Source: Chthonomonadales bacterium
GTDB taxonomy: Bacteria; Armatimonadota; Chthonomonadetes; Chthonomonadales; CAJBBX01
Direction of reading: 5' to 3'
Length of the DNA: 64,000 bases
NCBI GenBank assembly: GCA_037443035.1
Contig: JBBIPC010000010.1
Span: 44,276 to 108,275 of the forward strand
In this document: positions 40,095 to 48,356 of the stretch, one piece after another
Numbering within the stretch: position 1 is the first letter of the stretch
How the letters are laid out: the number at the start of each line of letters is the position of its first letter
The notes under the pieces: model-generated
The model's database searches: none
What the model was told of the DNA's origin: nothing
The model's input: only the letters and a program-made list of their open reading frames with translations
Made by a program: the position numbers and the translations under genes

Positions 40095-41477
40095 ATGATG
40101 GTGCTGATGAGACAGCATCGTGCCAGGATTCTCGTCGGTATAGCCGCTCTGTGTCTCATGCTCGCAACGTTGGGAAGCCACGCGCAGACCCGTGGCGGCA
40201 CTTACGTTGTCATGAGCATGGAGGGGCCCATCATGCCGCCGACGCGGGACTGCTTCGAACGTGCGCTGAGCCGGGCAGTGCGGCAGAGATCGGTGCTCTT
40301 GCTGGTGGAGATGAATACGCCCGGTGGCCATGGCGAAGCTATGCGGCAGATCGCTCAGCTAATTCTCAATGCGCAAGTTCCCGTGGTGGTCTATGTCACA
40401 CCCTCCGGGGCGCGGGCGGCCTCGGCGGGTGCTGTCATAGGCCTCACCGCCCACGTGCTGGCAATGGCGCCGTCAACGAATATCGGCGCGGCCCATCCTG
40501 TGCTCGCCACGGGTCAGGACATCCCCGGAGCGATGAAGGACAAGGTCATCAACGACATGTCTGCCTTCATACGCACTGTGGCGGAGCGTCGAGGCAAGAG
40601 TGTGGCATGGGCCGAGGACATCATCCGCAAGAGCGTGTCCAGCACGGAGAAGGAGGCGCTGAAGCTAGGTATCGTGGACCTCGTGGCCACGGATCGCGGC
40701 GACCTCCTCCGGAAGCTGGAGGGGAGGCGTGTCACACTCGGTGACGGTTCCAAGGTTGTCTTGCGTACCGCGAATGTGCGACCCGTCCGGGAGGATCCAA
40801 CGTGGGTCGAGCGCTTGCTGCTGCTCCTCTTCGATGGGAACGTCGCTCTCATTCTCGGGGCGGTGGCGTTCTACGGGATCATCGCCGAGATCCAGAACCC
40901 CGGGTCCATATTCCCCGGCGTTGTCGGGAGCATTGCCCTGGTGCTCTCGCTATATTCCATGTCCGTGCTATCGGTGAACGCGGCGGGTGTGGCGTTGCTC
41001 ATTCTCGCCGCGATTCTGTTCGTCGTGGACGTCTACGCGCCAAGCCACGGGGTATTGACTGCCGGCGGGATCACGGCGTTCGTTTTCGGCGCGCTCATGC
41101 TATTCAGGGATTCCACTACCGGAGCGAGGGTCTCTCTCGCGGTGGTAATCGCGTTGGCGCTAGTGACGGCGGGCTTCTTTGTCTTCATTGTCGGCAGCGT
41201 GATTCGCTCGCGCAGGATGCCGCCTGGCACAGGGCCGGAGTCACTCATCGGTGCTCGTGGACAGGCTCGAACAGACCTGAACCCTCGAGGCATGGTGTTC
41301 GTGGATGGCGCTCTTTGGAACGCTGTGAACAGCGATGATGCTCCGGTTCGGACAGGAGACGCCATCGTCGTGACGGGACGAGAGGGACTGGTACTGAGAG
41401 TGCGTCGTGTCGAGGAGACGCAGGCCGAGCCCGTCTACCGTGCTCGGCAGTCCTCGACGCGGGAAGGAGAGGCATAA
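40095..41477 (+). CDS. nfeD: Long-form NfeD membrane serine protease (ClpP class)
   Basis: NTPGG, AASAG, MAPSTNIGAA, K..ND, TM block, C-terminal OB fold (G.V.VDG.LW.A). Confidence 0.92.
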   Translation: MMVLMRQHRARILVGIAALCLMLATLGSHAQTRGGTYVVMSMEGPIMPPTRDCFERALSRAVRQRSVLLLVEMNTPGGHGEAMRQIAQLILNAQVPVVVYVTPSGARAASAGAVIGLTAHVLAMAPSTNIGAAHPVLATGQDIPGAMKDKVINDMSAFIRTVAERRGKSVAWAEDIIRKSVSSTEKEALKLGIVDLVATDRGDLLRKLEGRRVTLGDGSKVVLRTANVRPVREDPTWVERLLLLLFDGNVALILGAVAFYGIIAEIQNPGSIFPGVVGSIALVLSLYSMSVLSVNAAGVALLILAAILFVVDVYAPSHGVLTAGGITAFVFGALMLFRDSTTGARVSLAVVIALALVTAGFFVFIVGSVIRSRRMPPGTGPESLIGARGQARTDLNPRGMVFVDGALWNAVNSDDAPVRTGDAIVVTGREGLVLRVRRVEETQAEPVYRARQSSTREGEA

Positions 41478-41478
41478 G

Positions 41479-42288
41479 ATGGCAGAGTTGCTCGGCTGGC
41501 TGCTGAACACCGTTGGAGCTGTCGGCGTCGTAGTGATCGTTCTTGCGCTCGTCTTGTTACCCGCCGCCATTCGGATTCTGCCTGCGTGGGAGCGCGCGGT
41601 CGTGTTGCGCCTGGGCAAGTTCAATCGCGTGACGGGTCCGGGGCCCATCATCCTCATCCCCTACGTAGACCACGCTTTGCGGGTGGATACGCGGATTATG
41701 ACCATGGATGTACCCCGACAGGAGATGATGACGCGCGACAACGTACCTGTTACCGTAGATGCCATCGTCCTCTTCAAGGTTATCGAACCGCAGGCTGCGG
41801 TGCTGAATATCGAGGACTATATCCGCACGACGTCGCTCATCGCCCAGACCACGTTGCGCAGCACCATCGGCCAGATAGAGCTGGACGACTTGCTTGCCCA
41901 ACGAGAGAAGGTGAACCAGCGGCTCCAGACGGTCATTGACGAACAGACCGAGCCATTCGGGGTCAAAGTCAGCACGGTGGAGGTCCGAGATGTCTCTCTG
42001 CCGGATACGATGAAGCGCGCGATGGCGGCTCAAGCAGAGAGCGAGCGCGAGCGGCGCGCCAAAGTAATCAACGCCCTGGGCGAGTTCGAGGCGGCGGAGA
42101 AGTTGACGCAAGCAGCAGCCCTCATCGCCAGGGAGCCGGCAGCTCTCCAACTGCGCTTCCTACAGAGCGTTCGGGAGATTGCATCCGAACGGGCGACGAT
42201 GACCATCCTGCCTCTGCCACTGGACATCATCACCCCCTTCATCGAGTACGCTCGCCGCATGGCGAAGGAAGACAAGCCGAGCGAGTAG
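41479..42288 (+). CDS. SPFH/band 7 stomatin-like protein
   Basis: ERAVVLRLG, TRDNV, AQTTLRS.IG, RAMA.QAE.ERERRAK, ALQLRFLQ. Confidence 0.95.
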   Translation: MAELLGWLLNTVGAVGVVVIVLALVLLPAAIRILPAWERAVVLRLGKFNRVTGPGPIILIPYVDHALRVDTRIMTMDVPRQEMMTRDNVPVTVDAIVLFKVIEPQAAVLNIEDYIRTTSLIAQTTLRSTIGQIELDDLLAQREKVNQRLQTVIDEQTEPFGVKVSTVEVRDVSLPDTMKRAMAAQAESERERRAKVINALGEFEAAEKLTQAAALIAREPAALQLRFLQSVREIASERATMTILPLPLDIITPFIEYARRMAKEDKPSE

Positions 42289-42828
42289 GTGCGCTGCCCT
42301 GCTTGCGATACCACGAACGATGATGGCGCAGCCATCTGCGTTGCGTGCGGTGCACCGCTCACGCCGTATGCCGCCACGGTAGTAACCGATTCCGATCCTG
42401 CACGGACCGCCGCTAAGCTAGCCGAACTCGAGGAGCGGCCGCCTCTGACGAGCGTTGTTGCCGTGGCAGACCTGGCAGCGGCCGTTGTCGCCATCATCAC
42501 GGTGATTCGTGCCTTCGCAGCAACGCCCGAACTCTCAGCGGATGCCACGAACTACATGGGGCGCACTTTCGGTGGTCTGCGTGCCGCGCTAACTGCGGGT
42601 GTTATGCTACCCATGGGCCTCGGTCTCGTCATGATGGCGTGGGGAGCCGCCACCCAGAAAGCATGGGCCTGGAGCATTCACCTCGCCGCATTCGGGCTGA
42701 TCGCGCTCGTTGCCGTGGTAACCTTACGGGCGAATCCGATCCTGTCCGTGGTAGAGCTGGGCATTGTGGGCGCGGCTGCGTGGCAGTGGCTGCAGCCGCG
42801 GGTCCGGCGTTGGTACGGACACGAGTGA
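42289..42828 (+). CDS. Zinc-ribbon membrane protein
   Basis: CPAC...N...A..C..CG.PL then about 4 TMs. Confidence 0.75.
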   Translation: MRCPACDTTNDDGAAICVACGAPLTPYAATVVTDSDPARTAAKLAELEERPPLTSVVAVADLAAAVVAIITVIRAFAATPELSADATNYMGRTFGGLRAALTAGVMLPMGLGLVMMAWGAATQKAWAWSIHLAAFGLIALVAVVTLRANPILSVVELGIVGAAAWQWLQPRVRRWYGHE

Positions 42829-42856
42829 CACAATCGAAAGCAAGGAGATAGGTTCC

Positions 42857-44098
42857 ATGGCCGAAAGACTACGCTTCGTGCATGAGCATCTGCGAGAGGT
42901 AGCGCTCGAAGCGCTCCAGGGCTCCGACCGGGAACGACCTGCGAGTGACCCGGCTCTCGCCAAGCTAGCATCGCTGGGAACGAGGCTCTGGCTCGACACA
43001 GGTCAACTCGAGGAAGCTGCATCGCTGTGGAAGGCGGAGTTCTCGGCGCTTACAACGAACAACACGCTGGCCAACCAGGTTGTTCAGACCGGAGTGCTGG
43101 ATGATGTGGCAAGGGACGCTGTCCGGCGCATCAAGGATGCTGCTCCTGGTATCTCCGAGGCTGACCTGGTCATGGAACTGGGCTTCGTTATCAACTGCCA
43201 CGTTGCGCTGCGACTGGTGCGTGCATTCGGTGCCTATGTGAGTGTGGAGCTCCATCCGAGTGTCGCCGAGAATACCGAGCGAACAGTGGAATATGCACGT
43301 CGATACTACGGGATCTGCCCGGAGCGCTTCATCATCAAGATCCCGCTGACGCCAGAAGGATACTGTGCAGTCGCGCGGGTGTGTCCTGAGGGCATCCCTG
43401 TGAACTACACGTTGGGCTTTTCGGCGCGTCAGAACTATGTTGCCGCTCTCATGTCCCATCCCACCTACGTGAACGTGTTCCTAGGACGGCTGAATGCCGT
43501 GGTTGGCGACAATGGTATGGGCGATCCGAAGTACATTGGCGAGAAGGCAACAATGGCCACGCAGATGGCCCTCCGCGAGCTGCGCGACGCTGGCCGGACA
43601 AAGACGCTGCTGATTGCCGCCTCCATGCGTTCGGCGTCACAGGTATGCGATCTGGCCGGCGTGGATGTCTACACGATGCCGCCTAAGGTCGCGCGGGACT
43701 TCCTGGAGGCTAAGCACGCACCGGAGACGATCGAGTCCCAGGTTGGGCGAGAGTTTCCGGTCTCGCTCGCCAGCGAGGAGGCCGCAGCAGCCGTGGAGTC
43801 GCTCTGGGCGATTCCGGATGCTACGCGGACCCTCGGCGAAGCGGTGGAAGGTCGCGGCGCTTCCATGACGGGCGACGATCTGCGGCAGGCTGACAAGGAC
43901 ACGGGCGCGGGGCTGTTCCATGCGTTCTCGCAGGAGGAGAAGGCCATCATCCGCGCGGATGGCAAGATCCCGGTGACGAGCAAGTGGATCGGTACCGGCA
44001 TCGCACTCGACGACCTCATGACGCAGGCTGCTCTCCAGTCGTTCGCTGTCGATCAAGCCGCCCTGGACGCTCGTCTGCTTCGAATCGCCACAGCCTGA
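42857..44098 (+). CDS. Transaldolase-family protein (long form)
   Basis: LWLDTG, LTTN, VSVE, IKIP (Schiff-base Lys), NYTL.FS, FLGRL, AASMR. Confidence 0.85.
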   Translation: MAERLRFVHEHLREVALEALQGSDRERPASDPALAKLASLGTRLWLDTGQLEEAASLWKAEFSALTTNNTLANQVVQTGVLDDVARDAVRRIKDAAPGISEADLVMELGFVINCHVALRLVRAFGAYVSVELHPSVAENTERTVEYARRYYGICPERFIIKIPLTPEGYCAVARVCPEGIPVNYTLGFSARQNYVAALMSHPTYVNVFLGRLNAVVGDNGMGDPKYIGEKATMATQMALRELRDAGRTKTLLIAASMRSASQVCDLAGVDVYTMPPKVARDFLEAKHAPETIESQVGREFPVSLASEEAAAAVESLWAIPDATRTLGEAVEGRGASMTGDDLRQADKDTGAGLFHAFSQEEKAIIRADGKIPVTSKWIGTGIALDDLMTQAALQSFAVDQAALDARLLRIATA

Positions 44099-44126
44099 GG
44101 CGGTCTACCGGTCAGAGGGCTTCTTG

Positions 44127-44142
44127 CGGCGACCGGTTTCGG
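44127..44142. promoter_or_regulatory. 16-bp motif CGGCGACCGGTTTCGG, copy 2, abutting a -10-like TAGAGT
   Basis: Exact match to 30496-30511; TAGAGT at 44143-44148 then GGAGG RBS. Confidence 0.5.
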
Positions 44143-44163
44143 TAGAGTCGGGAGGGACACGGC

Positions 44164-47100
44164 ATGGGGATTCTGCGGACCACGTCGCGTGCGCTCGCTG
44201 GCCTGTGGCTTTGCGCGGGTGCGCTGGCAACGACGAATGCTGCGCTCAGAATGCCACGAGGAGACGAGAGAGTGCTCTGGCAGGATGACTTCACAAGGCC
44301 GCGTGCCTATGAGCGACGTCCCGCCCACGCCTGGCCGCGTGGAGGCTGGATTCGCGCAGGTCAGGAGATGGCGATCCTTGCGCCAACCATGGCACCCATG
44401 CGCCAGGGCACTGTCGCAGCCGACATCACCATCCAGGAGCGCACTGGCGCATCGTGGACGTGGGCGGGCGTGTCGTTCTACCTAGAGCCCGGCAACTCCT
44501 GGCAGCTCCTTCTCGTGGAGGGGCCTGACGGCAACAGGTACATGGAGTTGCTCGAGGAGCTGGACGGTACCAGGCAGGCACAATCCCTTCCGAACAGTGC
44601 TTCGTTGCTGGCGGTGGAGGAGGGTGGCGACCTCCGATCATGGCAGCCGGGACAACGCTATGTCCTAGGGCTCACATTGGGTCATGAGTCGGTCGAGGGA
44701 GTAGTGCAGGACCCTGCCACAGGCGCGCAGTGGCGTCGGCTCTACAAGCTCGATTCGCGTCGGGCGGTGCGGCAGGGACGTCCCGTCATGGTGGCGTCGG
44801 GGATTAGCGGGCAGATCCACAGCTTCAGCGTCACTGGCCCGCAGGAGCATCCGGGAGATAGCGTCGCCGTTCGCAAGGGCAAGAATGGCAGCGTCGTGAT
44901 CCTGCGGGACCAGGGCGGGACTGTGGGCGACAGGCTAGGTGCTGCCTTTGCCAAGGAAGGGTTCGGCGTAACACTAGTGGCATGGGAGGACCTCCTCTCG
45001 AAGCGGTTGCCGCAGGGCCGTTTCGACATCTTCGTGCTTGCCGATGCCCGAAGCCTTCCCGTCCAGGCAAGAGACGAAGTGGTCGGCACCCTGACAACGG
45101 GCGGCTGCGTGATGGCGATAGGAGCTCCGGCTGCCACGACGCTCGTGGCGCATACACCAGAGGGTTGGAAGGACCGCGATGGTTGGCTCCAGGTTCGCGC
45201 GCGGCACCTGGAGCGGACGCTGCTGAGAGTGCCCGCCGAAGGATGGCGAAGGACTGCTTTCAAGCAAGAGCAGTCGGCGAGTATCGCAGTGGATGCGACC
45301 GAGGGCGAAGCCTGCTGGAAGGTCACATGCAACCTTCTTGGCTGGGATGGATGGTACGCGGAGACTGGCGACGCGTTCTCCGAGGAGCGACGGCTGCTCG
45401 TCTTCGAGGGAAGGGGCGACTCGACTACTACAGATCTGGCAGTCGAGTGTGTGGAGGGCGATGGATCCCGCTGGATCGCCACAGTGCCGCTGAGCACAGC
45501 GTGGCGCTGGCACATTCTGACCCCGGCCGATTTCGCGTACTGGCCAGACTCTCCGACCAAGAACCGCGGCCACCCTGGCGACAAGCTACGTCCGGAGCAT
45601 ATCACCAGGCTCAGCTTCGCACTGTCGGGAAGTCATACACCGCGTGTGAAGCCAGGCCCTCACACCTACTGGATTCGGAACATCTCGACGGCCAGGGATG
45701 AAACATCCGAGGTGCCAGATTTCAGGATAACGGATGTCGAAGGGCTCTGGCCGGGCTACAAGCTCTACGCCATGGACAAGGTGGCCTTCCTGCGAACGGC
45801 CGCGGAACAGGAAATCCTGCCGCGCGGCGACCGGCGGCCCTGGAAGCATACCGCGTGCTCTCCGGTGTGGCGAGAGCGCGGTCGGGGCTTCCGCCGCGGT
45901 CGGGCCTGGCGATGGATACCGATTGTCGAGGCATACGACAGCGCTGGGACGAAGCGGGGAGCCGTCGTCTCGCTAATGGTGGGTGACGCGGTGTTTCCCA
46001 ATGCCATGTGGGCTAATGTTTCCGTAGCGAGTCCGTCCGAAGCTCTAGGCCCCCAGGTCCTGCCTGCCGTACTGGCGACTGCCAAGGCGATGAAACGCGG
46101 CCTGTTCCTGCTGGAAGGTGGTGCAGAGTACTTCTCTTACAGGCGTGGGGAGCCGATGGTCCTCGGCGCCAAGGTACTGAACGCCAGCAACCAGCCAAGA
46201 AAGGCAGATGTGCACATCACCATCAGGGGTCCCAGCGGGTCGGTATTGTTCGAGGCACGGCGAACCCTGGTATTGCCACCCCGTGCAGCCATCGAAACCG
46301 AGTGGACAACTTCGGCCAAGAACCTGGATCCCAAGGGGCAGATTGTAAGAACGGTGTTGTACGAAGCTGCCACGCCGATCGACCGCATCGAGCACCGGAT
46401 AGACGTTCTGCGCGACACGCCGGCGCGCCCCGAGGAGTTCGTCCGTGTCGAAGGGAGCATGTTCACCCTCGGAGGCAAGCCCTGGTATTTCCAGGGCATC
46501 AACTATTGGCCCACTTGGATGGCCGGGTACCCCAACCTCAACCAGCGCAGCCGCGAGTGTTACGATCCTGAGATCATCGAACGGGACCTGGCATGGCTTC
46601 AGGCTGTCGGCGTCAACGTCGTCAGCGCTATTGCCGCGATTCCGCCGCCCGACCCTGATGACGCGAAGGGGTACCGGGACCAACTGGATTTCGTCGAGCG
46701 CTGCCTGCGGCATGGCATCCGGTGCTACTTCACAGTTCCCAACGGGCGCGCCTATGCCGGCGCAGACTTCTCTCGCATCAAGGACTTCATCGAGAAGGCT
46801 GGACTCAGGAACCACCCAGGGATCATGTGCTGGGAGCTGGCATGGGAACCCATCGAGGGAGCTTGGGGGCACGACTTGGAGAAGTTCGGTGCAGATTGGA
46901 ACCGTTGGATAATCGAACAATACGGTTCCGTGGACCATGCCGTTGGCGATTGGGGCTTCGATCCCCGGACTGCATCCGACCGACCCGTACCTGTTCCTAC
47001 GTGGGTCCAGTGCACGACATCTGGGCCGTGGAATGGCTTCGTCGCAGCGTTCGCCCGGGCCTTCAGCGATCTGATCAGTCGTGAGTATGGCAAGGTTGCA

Positions 47101-48213
47101 CGCCAGCTCCGAGCCTGGGACCCCAACCATCTCATATCGTTCAGAGGTGGCGCATGTGGCATTCCGTCGGGCGGTACGTTCGCGCACATCCACAGCGTCG
47201 GTGTGGCGCGGCACCTCGACTTCCTCTGTCCCGAAGGCTACAACCTTCAGACTGGGGGCTGGGCTAGTCCTACGCCCGCCGACGACATTCGGAAGGGCGG
47301 ACTGGTGACCCTCTACTATCGGCATGTGTCCCGCGAGAAGCCCGTCGTGTGGATGGAGTTCGGCTTCACGGTCAACGGCTTCGGCGAAGCCTGGACCCCG
47401 GAGCGTTTTCGGGTGCGACCTGCGGAACTGGAGCATCAGCGGTTAGAGATCGAACGCTTCTACGCGATGATGCTGGAATCCGGCGCACGCGGCGGAGCAC
47501 CGTGGTGGCTGCCGGGCGGCTTCCGACTGGGCGAGAACAGCGATTTCGGTTTCGTCGAGCCGGACGGCTCCGAGCGGCCCGTGTGCCGCGTCTTCCGTGA
47601 AAACCTCCCGCGGTTCGCACAGGTGCGCCATGCGACGCCGGATGCCTGGCTGACGATTGACCTCGAAGGCGAGCGCTGCCGAGCGTGGCAGTTGTATGCG
47701 CCGTCCTACCTCGACCTCATCAAAGCGGACAAGACCGTTGGTCTGCGCACAGATGGCACTGGCACCGACTCCGCGAACTGCCCTCTCGTATCTGTAAGTG
47801 GCACGCCCTGCAACGGACACAATCCTCCTCGCTTCCTGAACGCCGAGTTCGATAGGCTGGAAGTACAGCTTGGAAACGGCCCTTGGCGTGAAGTCCATGA
47901 CGGGGATGTCTTGGATGTGCCAGCCGGTGCCGGCGTTCACTGCCGCGCGTCCGTGGGCAACATTGGCGAGGCGAAGTGGCTTGCCTCATCACCGGGAGGC
48001 GGAGCGGTACGACTAGCGGTACGGAGCGACCACGACTTGCTTATCTCCGCGCCCATCGCAGAAGATGTGCCGTATCTCGGGACGGGCGAAGTGCCGACGT
48101 TCACGCTGGTATCAGACCTCGAGCGCGAGGTTCGAATCTCGTTCGAGATGGAGGCTCAGGGTCGTACCAGGTTCGGTGAGCGGCGGACGATCACGCTCCG
48201 GCCGCGCAGATAG
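44164..48213 (+). CDS. Large secreted multidomain glycoside hydrolase-like protein (CBM-like modules + clan-A barrel)
   Basis: Signal peptide; CBM11-like segment; FQGINYWP, YDPEIIERDL, WELAWEP, LDFLCPEGY, KPVVWMEFG, PWW, SDFG. Confidence 0.65.
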   Translation: MGILRTTSRALAGLWLCAGALATTNAALRMPRGDERVLWQDDFTRPRAYERRPAHAWPRGGWIRAGQEMAILAPTMAPMRQGTVAADITIQERTGASWTWAGVSFYLEPGNSWQLLLVEGPDGNRYMELLEELDGTRQAQSLPNSASLLAVEEGGDLRSWQPGQRYVLGLTLGHESVEGVVQDPATGAQWRRLYKLDSRRAVRQGRPVMVASGISGQIHSFSVTGPQEHPGDSVAVRKGKNGSVVILRDQGGTVGDRLGAAFAKEGFGVTLVAWEDLLSKRLPQGRFDIFVLADARSLPVQARDEVVGTLTTGGCVMAIGAPAATTLVAHTPEGWKDRDGWLQVRARHLERTLLRVPAEGWRRTAFKQEQSASIAVDATEGEACWKVTCNLLGWDGWYAETGDAFSEERRLLVFEGRGDSTTTDLAVECVEGDGSRWIATVPLSTAWRWHILTPADFAYWPDSPTKNRGHPGDKLRPEHITRLSFALSGSHTPRVKPGPHTYWIRNISTARDETSEVPDFRITDVEGLWPGYKLYAMDKVAFLRTAAEQEILPRGDRRPWKHTACSPVWRERGRGFRRGRAWRWIPIVEAYDSAGTKRGAVVSLMVGDAVFPNAMWANVSVASPSEALGPQVLPAVLATAKAMKRGLFLLEGGAEYFSYRRGEPMVLGAKVLNASNQPRKADVHITIRGPSGSVLFEARRTLVLPPRAAIETEWTTSAKNLDPKGQIVRTVLYEAATPIDRIEHRIDVLRDTPARPEEFVRVEGSMFTLGGKPWYFQGINYWPTWMAGYPNLNQRSRECYDPEIIERDLAWLQAVGVNVVSAIAAIPPPDPDDAKGYRDQLDFVERCLRHGIRCYFTVPNGRAYAGADFSRIKDFIEKAGLRNHPGIMCWELAWEPIEGAWGHDLEKFGADWNRWIIEQYGSVDHAVGDWGFDPRTASDRPVPVPTWVQCTTSGPWNGFVAAFARAFSDLISREYGKVARQLRAWDPNHLISFRGGACGIPSGGTFAHIHSVGVARHLDFLCPEGYNLQTGGWASPTPADDIRKGGLVTLYYRHVSREKPVVWMEFGFTVNGFGEAWTPERFRVRPAELEHQRLEIERFYAMMLESGARGGAPWWLPGGFRLGENSDFGFVEPDGSERPVCRVFRENLPRFAQVRHATPDAWLTIDLEGERCRAWQLYAPSYLDLIKADKTVGLRTDGTGTDSANCPLVSVSGTPCNGHNPPRFLNAEFDRLEVQLGNGPWREVHDGDVLDVPAGAGVHCRASVGNIGEAKWLASSPGGGAVRLAVRSDHDLLISAPIAEDVPYLGTGEVPTFTLVSDLEREVRISFEMEAQGRTRFGERRTITLRPRR

Positions 48214-48258
48214 AGCAGGGTAGGGGCTGCAACAACGTCCTTCCTGGGTACCATGCGA

Positions 48259-48305
48259 TATAATGAAGTCTCCGCTGAACGCGACCCCGCCTCAGGGGTC
48301 GCGTT
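48259..48305 (+). promoter_or_regulatory. ileS promoter -10 (TATAAT) followed by an 11-bp leader hairpin
   Basis: TATAAT at 48259-48264; AACGCGACCCC-gcctca-GGGGTCGCGTT at 48278-48305. Confidence 0.55.
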
Positions 48306-48356
48306 GCCTATCCGTCTGCTCCGCTAGGCAGACGCGTACAGGAGCCAGGCCGAACA

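Noticed and set aside
48214..48356. T-box riboswitch upstream of ileS
   Set aside because: Leader is short and lacks the GGTGGnACC antiterminator consensus
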